In this document: positions 1-9,481 of the stretch, piece by piece
Layout: each line of letters begins with the position of its first letter
Numbering within the stretch: position 1 is the stretch's first letter
Assembly (NCBI GenBank): GCA_049680405.1
Contig: JBAUHS010000010.1
Span: 3,777 to 67,776 of the forward strand
Direction: 5' to 3'
Length of the DNA: 64,000 nucleotides
Origin: Salaquimonas sp.
GTDB taxonomy: Bacteria > Pseudomonadota > Alphaproteobacteria > Rhizobiales > Rhizobiaceae
Position numbers and translations under genes: made by a program
The notes under the pieces: model-generated
The model's input: the letters and a program-made list of their open reading frames with translations, nothing else
Told to the model about the DNA's origin: nothing
Database searches by the model: none

Positions 1-16
1 TTCAGGAGACAGGAAA

Positions 17-796
17 GTGGAAAAAAATTCACCTGAGCTATGGCAACCTTTCCTGCCTATCCCGACCTTGGATGGTCACAAATATGATCGCGGTCATGCG
101 ATTATTCTTGGGGCAAGCTCTTTAACCGGAGCGACCCGTTTGGCTGCAAGCGCATGTTCGCGAATGGGTGCAGGGTTGACGACCGTTATTTCCAACCAGC
201 AAGCCAGTGTATATCGACTCGCACTTCCTGCGGATATCATGGTGCGCGAGACAATCAGCAATGACATCAAGAAAGTAAGCGTACTGCTTGCAGGCCCTGG
301 CGGCACCAATGAGGAGCAGCGGAAGCTGATCGCTAACAATCCATGGCAATGCCCGTTGGTCCTTGATGCAAATGCTATTCCCGTAGATGGCAATTTTGCC
401 GGGTTGAATGACAATTGCGTGCTTACTCCTCATGAAGGAGAGTTTGAAAAGGCTTTTGGTAATTTTGGCAAATACAGAATTGAAAAGACATTGGAGGCTG
501 CAAAGCTTTCTGGTGCTATTATCCTCTTGAAAGGCATGCAGAGCATTATCGCCTCACCGGATGGGCGCGTTGTAGCGAATGATCATGCCAGCCCCTGGCT
601 TGCAAAAGCTGGAACCGGCGATGTGTTAGCTGGCATGATAACTGGTATGATTGCCCAGAAAATGGAGCCTTTTTGGGCGACATGTGCAGCGGTGTGGATG
701 CACGGGGAAGCGGGCAGAAGAATTGGGCCCGGTTTAATCGCCTCGGATATAGAAAATGAACTTCGGTTCATCCTCAAAAAAATTATGGAAGTTTGA
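17..796 (+). CDS. nnrD: NAD(P)H-hydrate dehydratase (YjeF C-terminal domain only)
   Basis: 259-aa ORF with a GTG start preceded by AGGAGA. Motifs HKYDRGH, LLAGPGG and KAGTGDVLAG are typical of the YjeF_C carbohydrate-kinase fold. No N-terminal epimerase domain is present. Confidence 0.8.
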   Translation: MEKNSPELWQPFLPIPTLDGHKYDRGHAIILGASSLTGATRLAASACSRMGAGLTTVISNQQASVYRLALPADIMVRETISNDIKKVSVLLAGPGGTNEEQRKLIANNPWQCPLVLDANAIPVDGNFAGLNDNCVLTPHEGEFEKAFGNFGKYRIEKTLEAAKLSGAIILLKGMQSIIASPDGRVVANDHASPWLAKAGTGDVLAGMITGMIAQKMEPFWATCAAVWMHGEAGRRIGPGLIASDIENELRFILKKIMEV

Positions 797-802
797 GTAC
801 CC

Positions 803-2407
803 CTAAGTCACTTTATTCGGCTGAGTATTTTTCAAATCTGCATCATGGTTTAAGTCAGTAGCTTCTACTTCATTTCCAAGGTCCGCTTCGGCTATCTGCT
901 TCATCAAAGCCTTTTCTTCCTTGCGCATCTGACGGCGTTTCTTGGCCGCTATTCTTGTTGCCCTATAAACGACTCGTCCTCTAAACACCGCATTTGAAAC
1001 GGCAGTGCTACCTTTTTGAACCCCTTCAAGCTCTGCGGAATAAGCAATTGCGAGAGCTTCACGCATGGTTGAGATGCCCTTTGTGGTTTCCACATGAAAG
1101 CGGCGAATGGTCAGCATCCAGATTGGTGAAATCATCAGCGAAACAGCGATAACTGACAAAGCCAGACGATAAGAATCTGCATCCAGAACCTGATTGGCTA
1201 TTCCGACCGAAGCCAGAATGAACGAAAACTCACCGATCTGTGCCATGGCTAGCCCGGAGGGTAGAGCCACATCCCAATCAAAACCAACCCGCCGAACCAG
1301 CAGAATATTCAAGAAAGTTTTGGCAATCACCGTCAACAATACAAAGGTAAGAACCAATCCCCAATTTGCCACGATATAATCAAGATCGATCAACAGCCCT
1401 ACTGACAGAAAGAACACAAAAACCAAAATGGACTGGACCGGATAGGTCAGTTCGATTGCCTCGCTTCGCAAAGTGGAATTTGCCACAACGAGACCCGCGA
1501 TGAAGGCGCCATAGACAGCAGACAGACCAAACAATGCACTGACGGTTGCGGCAGCGAAGCAAAGCGCAAGCATGGCCAATGTAATTAGATCGGGTTTGCC
1601 TTTTACATATTTTGTAAAAGGTAGTGTGATTTTTCCCGGTTTATTGAGATACCATATCAAGAGGCCTAACAGAGCGATTGAGCCGGCTATCAGGGCAATT
1701 GTAGCAATGCCAATACCCCCACCGTCAGCGCCGCCGAGACTTTGAGCAATGATAAGCATGGGAACAATGGCAATATCCTGGGCAATCAAAACGCCCACAG
1801 TGATACGACCTGTTTCCGTTCGTAACTCGCCGATATCCTCCAACACCTTGATGGCAACAGCCGTCGAAGAAAGCGCGACTACAAAACCAAGAAGAATGAT
1901 TTGCGGCCAACTCCAATCTAGATACCAACCAAGTATCAGCGTGACACCCATGCCTGCGATCACCTGACCTGTGGCAATCAATACTGAGGGAATCAGAACC
2001 AACACGAAGGCACGGACCGAGAGTTCCATGCCAATGAGAAAAAGCAGAAGCAAAACACCTAACTCAGCAAGCAATGTGATTGATTCAGACTGAACAACCA
2101 TTCCAAACCCTGTAGGGCCGAGCAGAATACCCGCCGCGATATAGCCAACAATAGGTGGCTGACGAAGACGAACGAAAATTAGTCCCAGGATCACCGCCAG
2201 TGATGCGACAGCAGCTATCGATCCCAGTTGTGACAGAGTGTCGTGAGCGCCAGACGCGTGCGTGTCACCAAGTGCTTCAACGGTTGTTTGAAGCACTTCA
2301 GCAGATTTTTCGATGACGGTTTCGACGGTCTCTTCCAAGGGACGGGTTCCAGCTGATTTGTTTCCAGCATAGATGAAAACGAAGTTGGATAGCAACGCCA
2401 ATCCCAA
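803..2407 (-). CDS. Monovalent cation:proton antiporter, CPA2/Kef-like, with charged C-terminal tail
   Basis: 534-aa polytopic membrane protein with about 12 hydrophobic segments. The signature GYIAAGILLGPTGFG...LLLFLIGMEL is typical of the Na_H_Exchanger family. The TTG start is uncertain. Confidence 0.75.
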   Translation of the reverse strand: MGLALLSNFVFIYAGNKSAGTRPLEETVETVIEKSAEVLQTTVEALGDTHASGAHDTLSQLGSIAAVASLAVILGLIFVRLRQPPIVGYIAAGILLGPTGFGMVVQSESITLLAELGVLLLLFLIGMELSVRAFVLVLIPSVLIATGQVIAGMGVTLILGWYLDWSWPQIILLGFVVALSSTAVAIKVLEDIGELRTETGRITVGVLIAQDIAIVPMLIIAQSLGGADGGGIGIATIALIAGSIALLGLLIWYLNKPGKITLPFTKYVKGKPDLITLAMLALCFAAATVSALFGLSAVYGAFIAGLVVANSTLRSEAIELTYPVQSILVFVFFLSVGLLIDLDYIVANWGLVLTFVLLTVIAKTFLNILLVRRVGFDWDVALPSGLAMAQIGEFSFILASVGIANQVLDADSYRLALSVIAVSLMISPIWMLTIRRFHVETTKGISTMREALAIAYSAELEGVQKGSTAVSNAVFRGRVVYRATRIAAKKRRQMRKEEKALMKQIAEADLGNEVEATDLNHDADLKNTQPNKVT

Positions 2408-2460
2408 ATGAAGCGCTTGTTATTAGCACCCTTATGCGAATTCTATCGACTTCTTGCGAT

Positions 2461-2502
2461 TGAACCAAACAACTTCCTCAGGCTCATCGAAGTCTGAGGA
2501 AG
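2461..2502 (-). terminator. Rho-independent terminator downstream of the ETF-QO gene
   Basis: Perfect 9-bp stem CTTCCTCAG / CTGAGGAAG (2473-2481 and 2494-2502) with a 12-nt loop. On the minus strand it is followed by TTGTTTGGTT. Confidence 0.55.
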
Positions 2503-2513
2503 CCGCATGCGAA

Positions 2514-4256
2514 TTACATATTCGGATAAACAGGACCCTCGCCACCTTGTGGTGGGACCCAATTGATATTTTGGTTAGGGTCCTTGATATCACAGGTCTT
2601 GCAGTGAACGCAGTTTTGGAAATTGACTACAAATTTCGCGCCTTCCAACTCGCCTTCACCATTGATGATGGTGTTGCCTGCAGCATCAACCCATTCATAA
2701 ACCCCTGCCGGGCAATAACGGCTGGATGGGCCTGCATATTTAGCCAATTCCGACGTGTTTTGCAGTTCAATATCCTTCACATGCAAGTGGGCTGGCTGCT
2801 CTTCGGCATGATTGGTGTTGGACAAGAATACCGATGACAAACGGTCAAATGTTAATTTCCCGTCAGGCTTGGGGTAATCAATTTTCTTGTGAGCCGAGGC
2901 CAATTCAGTTGCCTGATAATCCCATTTTTGATGATGCATTGTGCCGAAGGGTGACCACTTCAATATCGTGTTGCACCACATCTCGAAACCAGATGCCATG
3001 GTGCCCCACAAAGTACCCCATTTGCTGACAAGCGGTTTGACATTGCGAACACGTTTCAGGTCTTTGCCGATTTCGCTTTCGCGCCAAGCATTTTCATATT
3101 CAATCAGCTCATCCTGCTCTCGTCCGGCAGCAATTGCTTCGGCAACTTTTTCAGCGGCCAGCATGCCGGACAACATGGCATTGTGAGAACCCTTGATGCG
3201 CGGGACATTCACAAAACCTGCTGAACAGCCGAGCAATGCTCCGCCGGGAAAGCATAATTTTGGAACTGACTGCCATCCACCTTGGGTGATGGCTCGAGCG
3301 CCATAAGAAATGCGTTTTCCGCCTTCCAGAAGCTCTGCGACTTTCGGGTGTGTTTTGAAGCGCTGGAACTCTTCGAATGGAGACAAATACGGATTCTTGT
3401 AGCCAAGCGCGACGACGAAGCCGACATACACCTGGTTATTATCAATGTGATATATAAATGAACCGCCATCGGTTGAAGTATCCAGTGGCCAGCCGAAAGA
3501 GTGGGAAACATGACCCTGCTTGTGTTTGGCCGGATCAATCTCCCAAAGTTCTTTCATGCCAAGCCCAAATTTTTGCGGGTCGCTATCTTTGTCGAGATGA
3601 AACTTATTGATCAATTGTTTGGCAAGCGAACCGCGAACACCTTCGGAAATCAGCACATATTTGCCGTGTAGCTCCATTCCACGTTCAAAATTCGGACCAG
3701 GCTTTCCATCCTTGCCTACGCCCATATCACCTGTGGCAACGCCATATACTTCGCCTTTGTCGTTATAAAGGACTTCAGCGCCCGCAAAGCCCGGATAAAT
3801 TTCCACGCCCAAGGCTTCGGCTTTTTCGGCCATCCAGCGGCAAACATTGCCTAAAGAGACGATATAATTGCTGTGATTGTTCAATAGCGGCGGGAAAGCA
3901 AAATTAGGAAGCTTGAAGCCCCCCTTTTCACTTCGAAAATGAAACTCATCAGCTGTCACTTCCACTTTGAAGGGATGACCTTCATCGTCTTTCCAGTCAG
4001 GAATAAGTTTGTTGATCGCTATAGGGTCAACAACTGCGCCAGAGAGAATATGGGCACCGACCTCGGGTCCCTTCTCAAGGACAACAACGGTCAATTCCTC
4101 GTTCAATTGTTTCAGGCGAATAGCCGCGGATAATCCTGCGGGCCCCGCTCCAACGATCACCACATCAAAGGGCATGCTTTCGCGCTCTGGCAAAGCTGCT
4201 TGTTGGGATTCCGCTTCCATTTCAACTTCACTCGACGTTGTATTTTCTTCGGACAT
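2514..4256 (-). CDS. Electron-transfer flavoprotein-ubiquinone oxidoreductase (ETF-QO)
   Basis: 580 aa. N-terminal FAD fold DVVIVGAGPAGLSAA. C-terminal 4Fe-4S ferredoxin-like end NCVHCKTCDIKDP...WVPPQGGEGPVYPNM is characteristic of ETF-QO. Confidence 0.9.
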   Translation of the reverse strand: MSEENTTSSEVEMEAESQQAALPERESMPFDVVIVGAGPAGLSAAIRLKQLNEELTVVVLEKGPEVGAHILSGAVVDPIAINKLIPDWKDDEGHPFKVEVTADEFHFRSEKGGFKLPNFAFPPLLNNHSNYIVSLGNVCRWMAEKAEALGVEIYPGFAGAEVLYNDKGEVYGVATGDMGVGKDGKPGPNFERGMELHGKYVLISEGVRGSLAKQLINKFHLDKDSDPQKFGLGMKELWEIDPAKHKQGHVSHSFGWPLDTSTDGGSFIYHIDNNQVYVGFVVALGYKNPYLSPFEEFQRFKTHPKVAELLEGGKRISYGARAITQGGWQSVPKLCFPGGALLGCSAGFVNVPRIKGSHNAMLSGMLAAEKVAEAIAAGREQDELIEYENAWRESEIGKDLKRVRNVKPLVSKWGTLWGTMASGFEMWCNTILKWSPFGTMHHQKWDYQATELASAHKKIDYPKPDGKLTFDRLSSVFLSNTNHAEEQPAHLHVKDIELQNTSELAKYAGPSSRYCPAGVYEWVDAAGNTIINGEGELEGAKFVVNFQNCVHCKTCDIKDPNQNINWVPPQGGEGPVYPNM

Positions 4257-4408
4257 GATCGCTCCTCAAATTTGACTGGGTATTCATATCTGAAACAAGC
4301 GGTTACTGAAAGTCTTCAAACCGAAACAAATCACATCTAAATGCGGTGTTTGGGTCCTTGGTAAACAAAATTGATTGGGTTTAATTAGGGTAGGCGTTAA
4401 AAGAGCCT

Positions 4409-5269
4409 ATGATAGACCACCCGCTTCATATTCTGGAATGGCTCGCTGATATGGGCGATGACGTTCCTCTGGCTGATGCCCCCATCAATCGTTTTGGAGA
4501 AAGCGAGATGGCGCAAAAGGCTGCCAGTGAGCGCGCAACCAGCGCCGGCAAAGCCTCAACCGCTGGCTCAGGTGGTTCAAAAGGTAGCTTACAAGACCGC
4601 GTTGCCGCCATAAAGCAGACGACTAGTGCTCGAATACCAGCAAAACAAGCGGCGGTGCTGCCCGATGAATCAGTAGTGACAGCTGCCAGCAAAGCTGCGG
4701 CCAGTGCAGAAACCATAGAGGCGTTAAAAGCAGCAATTAGGGGATTTGAAGGCTGTAATCTGCGACTTAATGCCAAAAACTCTGTTTTTGCATCTGGCGA
4801 TCCAAATGCAAAATTGCTGCTGATTGATGAGCATCCAGGGCGTGACGAAGATCAATCAGGCGAACCATTTGCAGGGCGTTCAGGTTCCCTATTGCAAAAG
4901 ATGCTGGCTGCAATTGGCCTGACCCTTGATGATACCTATCGCGTCGCTGCTTTGCCTTGGCATCCCCCGGGCAACCGCAGCCCAACGCTGCCTGAACTTG
5001 AAATTTGCAAACCCTTTTTGAAACGCCACTTGTCGCTGGCCAAGCCAAAACTCATCATCACCATGGGCAACACTCCGGCTCGAATGCTGATTGAAAGCAA
5101 TTCGCAAGTGTTGAGTCTTCGCGGAAAATGGATGCAAAGTGATATGATCAGCGATGAACAGCATTGCCTTGCGACGCTCAATCCTGGCTTTCTATTGAAA
5201 CAGCCTGCGCAAAAGAAACTCGCCTGGTTCGACCTTTTGATGATCAAAAGCAAACTGGCCGAAAGCTGA
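4409..5269 (+). CDS. Uracil-DNA glycosylase, family 4, with Ala/Ser-rich N-terminal extension
   Basis: 286 aa. The C-terminal core has the family-4 pattern LLLIDEHPGRDEDQSGEPFAGRSGSLL...NPGFLL. It is divergent from ETF-QO, as is common in alphaproteobacteria. Confidence 0.75.
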   Translation: MIDHPLHILEWLADMGDDVPLADAPINRFGESEMAQKAASERATSAGKASTAGSGGSKGSLQDRVAAIKQTTSARIPAKQAAVLPDESVVTAASKAAASAETIEALKAAIRGFEGCNLRLNAKNSVFASGDPNAKLLLIDEHPGRDEDQSGEPFAGRSGSLLQKMLAAIGLTLDDTYRVAALPWHPPGNRSPTLPELEICKPFLKRHLSLAKPKLIITMGNTPARMLIESNSQVLSLRGKWMQSDMISDEQHCLATLNPGFLLKQPAQKKLAWFDLLMIKSKLAES

Positions 5270-5288
5270 TTTGGCCTCGTTAGCTAGC

Positions 5289-6374
5289 TTACGCCCGTGC
5301 CGCTAAAAACGACTTGACGGAAATGTTCGACCATTTGCCCAGATGTTGTGCGGCGCCAGTATAACTTGCCACGATACGCGCTGTCAGTTCGTCACGCTCT
5401 GCCAATTCAGACATGACCTCGCCTGTTGCTTGCTTGGCAGCAGCGATCACATCTTTAGGAAATTCACGCAATATAACGCCATGGTCTTTTTGTAGCATTG
5501 CCAATGCAGTTGCATTTTCCCATTCTGCATCGCACAGGGAAATCATGTTTACCCATTCACAGGCTTTGGCCACAATTTGCTGCAAATCCGTTGGTAGGGC
5601 ATCCAATGCCTTCAGCGAGACCAGTGCTTCACCGGTTCCGTTTGGCTCGTGAAAGCCGGGAAAATAGTAATTCTTGGCAACTTTATAAAAGCCCATGGCG
5701 CTATCACTAAAAGGGCCCAGAAATTCAGTTGCATCAATAACGCCCGTTTGAAGGCTGGTGAATATTTCACCGGGAGCAAGGCCAACAGGGACAGCGCCAA
5801 GCTTTTGGACAACCAGGCCACCTAGACCGGGCATACGAATTTTGAGTCCTTGGAAGTCCGCAACCGACTTGATTTCATTGCGATACCATCCTCCCATTTG
5901 ATAACCGGTATTGCCCGCCATGAAAGGTTTCAAGCCAGCTGGCTTATACAATTCGTCCCAAAGTTCCTGGCCGCCGCCTTTTGTGATCCATGTATTATGT
6001 TCAAGAGGTGTCAGGCCAAAAGGTGCCGCGGTAAAAATTGGCGCTGCGGGCATTTTACCTGCCCAAAACAATGGCGCTGTATGGGCAATTTCAGCGGTGC
6101 CATTTGAAACAGCTGAAAACACTTCCAATGGCGGCACCAATTCTCCTGCAGCAAACAAGCGAATAGTCAGCCGTCCATCGGAAAGTGATGTGATTGTATC
6201 AGCCAATAGTTGCGCCGAAACGCCGGGACCGGGAAGATTCTTCGGCCAGGAAGTCACCATTTTCCATTCGAAGGTTTCACCTGCCGCATTGGCGGCTTTT
6301 ACCGGGAGAGCCAAACCTGTGGCTGCGGACATTCCGGCAAAGGCCTTTAACGCTTGTCTTCTTGTAGAATTCAT
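5289..6374 (-). CDS. TRAP transporter substrate-binding protein (DctP/COG4663-type), orphan
   Basis: 361 aa. Tat-like signal MNSTRRQALKAFAG...A. The core matches the DctP family (FEWKMVTSWPKNLPG...). No DctQ/M genes are adjacent. Confidence 0.8.
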   Translation of the reverse strand: MNSTRRQALKAFAGMSAATGLALPVKAANAAGETFEWKMVTSWPKNLPGPGVSAQLLADTITSLSDGRLTIRLFAAGELVPPLEVFSAVSNGTAEIAHTAPLFWAGKMPAAPIFTAAPFGLTPLEHNTWITKGGGQELWDELYKPAGLKPFMAGNTGYQMGGWYRNEIKSVADFQGLKIRMPGLGGLVVQKLGAVPVGLAPGEIFTSLQTGVIDATEFLGPFSDSAMGFYKVAKNYYFPGFHEPNGTGEALVSLKALDALPTDLQQIVAKACEWVNMISLCDAEWENATALAMLQKDHGVILREFPKDVIAAAKQATGEVMSELAERDELTARIVASYTGAAQHLGKWSNISVKSFLAARA

Positions 6375-6420
6375 GGGTTTGAGCTTTCTGATAATATATC
6401 GATGACCGGCCTAAGAGCGC

Positions 6421-7245
6421 TTATGTCAGAGGCCATAGATTATGAAAATGATGGACAGGACCATGGCCTTTTCCAACTTGCAGCTGATCAGCTGCGGCAA
6501 TCGCCCCAGTCAGCCATATCTTGGCCGCACCAACGGCCTCAATCAGCGTCATGCCTTTCGCGAGATTTGCGGCGATGGCGGATGACAGCGAACAACCGGT
6601 CCCATGGGTATTTTTCGTGTTGATGCGAGCTGCGGTGAACCATTCTTCGCCGGATTTTGATATCAACAGATCGGCGCTTTCTACAGCTTCGCTATTGTCT
6701 GTAGCGTGGCCACCTTTCATCAACACCGCATTTGTGCCAGTTGCCAAAATGCCTCTTCCCTGTCCTTTGATTTCATTCGGGCATGCTGCTAGCTTGCCAT
6801 GGGTCAGGCGGGCAGCTTCATGAAGGTTCGGCGTAACCAAAGTGGCGATGGGAAATAGTTTTAACTTCAACGTATCAACAGCCTCATCAGCAATCAAAGG
6901 GTCTCCGCTTGTTGTAACCATTACCGGATCAACAACAATGTTTTTTGCATTCCATTTAACCAAAGCCTTCGCAACCGTCTCAATAATGGATGGCGTTGCA
7001 AGCATGCCAATTTTGACCGATGCAATATTCAAATCGGAAAACACAGCATCAAGTTGAGCGGTGATAAAATCTGTTGGCACATCATGAATGCCAGTAACGC
7101 CCAATGTGTTTTGTGCGGTTAAAGCCGTGATGACCGACGCGCCGTAAACTTCGTTGGCCGAAAAGCTTTTCAGATCCGCTTGTATGCCCGCGCCGCCGCC
7201 TGAATCAGACCCGGCTATTGTCAAAGTAATTGGAATTTGACTCAT
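6421..7245 (-). CDS. thiD: Hydroxymethylpyrimidine/phosphomethylpyrimidine kinase
   Basis: 274 aa. [18 protein letters not shown] and the C-terminal [12 protein letters not shown] motifs. Overlaps thiE by 4 nt. Confidence 0.9.
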   Translation of the reverse strand: MSQIPITLTIAGSDSGGGAGIQADLKSFSANEVYGASVITALTAQNTLGVTGIHDVPTDFITAQLDAVFSDLNIASVKIGMLATPSIIETVAKALVKWNAKNIVVDPVMVTTSGDPLIADEAVDTLKLKLFPIATLVTPNLHEAARLTHGKLAACPNEIKGQGRGILATGTNAVLMKGGHATDNSEAVESADLLISKSGEEWFTAARINTKNTHGTGCSLSSAIAANLAKGMTLIEAVGAAKIWLTGAIAAADQLQVGKGHGPVHHFHNLWPLT

Positions 7246-7907
7246 GAAACATCCTTTGCTGTCCGCTTTGCACTTTCAATGATGGCGCGAAACTCAACGG
7301 CTGTATCCGCCACATTTTTTGCTTTGAAGAGCGCCGATATGATCGCAATTCCATCGGCACCGCTTTCAACCATTTCTCTGGTATTTTCAGTCGTGAATCC
7401 AGCAATAGCTCCAAGGGGTAATCGGGGAGAAGATGCTTTCAAAATAGCTGCGCGTTGCTGCCAGCCCGATACACCTATTGCTGTTGGATTGTTTTTTGAC
7501 TTTGTTTCATGAACGCCGCCGATAAAGGCATAATCCAACAGCTCGACTGGTGCGTTTTGAGCATCCTCGAGGGTCTTGATCGACAACCCGATAATAGCTT
7601 CAGATCCCATTAGCGCTCTGGCGTCTTCGACAGCCATATCGTTTTGTCCTAAATGGACCCCAGCTGCACCAGCGGCCATGGCAATATCCACACGATCATT
7701 CACTACAAGCGGTATATCTGTATGGGAAATCGTTTCAATGATTTCACTGACCGCGCCTACCATGTGGCGGGTATCATTTATCTTGTCGCGATATTGCAGG
7801 ATGGTTACACCATGTTCAGCAGCAATTGCAGCCAATTCCGCAAGATCACGGCCATTGCAGTGTTCCGGATCGAGTATTCCGTAAAGGCTGATATCCACTG
7901 GGTTCAT
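7242..7907 (-). CDS. thiE: Thiamine-phosphate synthase
   Basis: 221 aa. TMP-TENI motifs LQYRDK, VNDRVDIA, GVHLGQ. Overlaps both thiM and thiD by 4 nt. Confidence 0.9.
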   Translation of the reverse strand: MNPVDISLYGILDPEHCNGRDLAELAAIAAEHGVTILQYRDKINDTRHMVGAVSEIIETISHTDIPLVVNDRVDIAMAAGAAGVHLGQNDMAVEDARALMGSEAIIGLSIKTLEDAQNAPVELLDYAFIGGVHETKSKNNPTAIGVSGWQQRAAILKASSPRLPLGAIAGFTTENTREMVESGADGIAIISALFKAKNVADTAVEFRAIIESAKRTAKDVS

Positions 7908-8683
7908 GATAGCCTCGCCTTTGTCTTTAACTGGTCCATTTGTATGTTTTGTATCTGGTCAATTAACGCGGCTTGAAAACTGCCAACACCACTGCATTGT
8001 TCCGCAGCAACTTCTCCGGCAATTCCAACCCAGCAGAATGCTCCCAAGGCAGCCGCCATTTTATTATTCGTCTTTGCCAACAGTCCAGCCATCAATGCGC
8101 CTTGCGCGCACCCAACTGCCGTTACTTTTGAGAGATAAGGATGCCCATTTGCTATGGTGATTTCACTTCGGCCAAAACGTAGAACATCTTCTTTTCCAGA
8201 TATCGCTACTGCCGAAGCCTCATTATCAAATAATGTGCTCAGCATTTCAGCTTCTGCACCGTTCAGCCGAATGATACCTGGGGCAGCAGCTATCACTTCC
8301 TGCGCCAACTCCAGTCTTGGAGGCGAGATGTGGCACATCACTGGGTCAAGAACGAAAGGTTTTTCCTCAACCCTGCAGACTCCCATGGATTTGCGGATCG
8401 CCTGCTTGCGGAGCTCATCCATCGTTCCAAGATTAATCAATACAGCATCAGAACGAGCCGAGAAGAATTCCACTTCATCAGGAGCAACGGTCATTGAAGG
8501 TGTGGCGCCAGCGCTCAACAGAATATTGGCGGTAAAGTTTTGAGCAACGGTATTGGTGATGCAATGCACGACAGCGCTATCCAGGCGCAGTTCAGAGATA
8601 GCCTCAAGTGCCTCCTCCAAGGTTTCCATCAGATTTTGTTCTTTAGCAGACACGTCAAACTCACCACAAATAGCTCTGGCCAT
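7904..8683 (-). CDS. thiM: Hydroxyethylthiazole kinase
   Basis: 259 aa. VHCITNTVAQNFTANILLSAGATPSM is the ThiM signature. The start could instead be the internal Met at 8629. Confidence 0.85.
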   Translation of the reverse strand: MARAICGEFDVSAKEQNLMETLEEALEAISELRLDSAVVHCITNTVAQNFTANILLSAGATPSMTVAPDEVEFFSARSDAVLINLGTMDELRKQAIRKSMGVCRVEEKPFVLDPVMCHISPPRLELAQEVIAAAPGIIRLNGAEAEMLSTLFDNEASAVAISGKEDVLRFGRSEITIANGHPYLSKVTAVGCAQGALMAGLLAKTNNKMAAALGAFCWVGIAGEVAAEQCSGVGSFQAALIDQIQNIQMDQLKTKARLS

Positions 8684-8719
8684 GAGGTGTAGAAAACGCG
8701 CTTGTTCAGGATAGGACTT

Positions 8720-8815
8720 GCGCTCATTCCCTACGCCGGCATGACCCGGATCAGGTTCAAGGAGTTAGCAGACTTCTACCTGCCTCTCAGCCTGATTGGA
8801 TCAGGCACCTCCATG
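8720..8815 (-). promoter_or_regulatory. TPP (THI-box) riboswitch in the thiMED leader
   Basis: The minus strand reads GGAGGTGCCTGATCCAATCAGGCTGAGAGGCAGGTAGAAGTCTGCTAACTCCTTGAACCTGATCCGGGTCATGCCGGCGTAGGGAATGAGCG. It contains the conserved CUGAGA and ACCUGAUCnGGnnnAUGCCnGCGUAGGGA cores of the TPP aptamer. Confidence 0.9.
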
Positions 8816-8887
8816 AGATGACAGTTACATAACCCCTTGTGAGAATGAGTTCAAGTTTACTGTAATATTATGTAGCATAACAGCCTA

Positions 8888-9478
8888 TTAAGGCCTGAAA
8901 AGTACTGCGATGAAAACCACGGCAAGCATTGCTATTGCCATTGTGTAATTGATCTTACGCTGGGTGGATTCGTGCAAATCCATTCGGTTCAAGGTAACTC
9001 CAGCCCATAGCCATGCAAAATGGATGGGTATCCAAACCAGATTCATCAAGATCAGTTTCAAAGTGACTTCTAATGCCAATTGATCAGGCATGAAGGCAAA
9101 GCCGCTCATAAGAGTTGTGTGAACAACATAAGCCTTTGGATTGATTGCCTGCAACAGCAAGCCACCCATGAATCCGGGTGGTTGATCGGATCGGATAAAG
9201 GCAATTTTGGAACCGGAAAAGGCGATTTTGGCAGCGAGATAGAGCAGATAAGCCGACGAAGCCAGCAGCAGAATAATGCGCAACCAAGGAAAGGAAAACA
9301 GTACTGCTGCGAGCCCGGAAATCACAGCAAGAGCGACCAGATTGTTTCCAACCCAAAGACCGCCAACATAAGCAATGCCGGCCCGAAATCCGAAGCCTGA
9401 CCCAATGCCCGCAGTAGACAGCACTCCTGGTCCAGGAGTGATGATCAAAAGGAAAACAGCGCTAATAAAGGCAAGCAA
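8888..9478 (-). CDS. LysE/RhtB family amino-acid exporter
   Basis: 196 aa, six hydrophobic segments. The N-terminus ITPGPGVL is typical of the LysE family. Confidence 0.8.
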   Translation of the reverse strand: MLAFISAVFLLIITPGPGVLSTAGIGSGFGFRAGIAYVGGLWVGNNLVALAVISGLAAVLFSFPWLRIILLLASSAYLLYLAAKIAFSGSKIAFIRSDQPPGFMGGLLLQAINPKAYVVHTTLMSGFAFMPDQLALEVTLKLILMNLVWIPIHFAWLWAGVTLNRMDLHESTQRKINYTMAIAMLAVVFIAVLFRP

Positions 9479-9481
9479 AAT

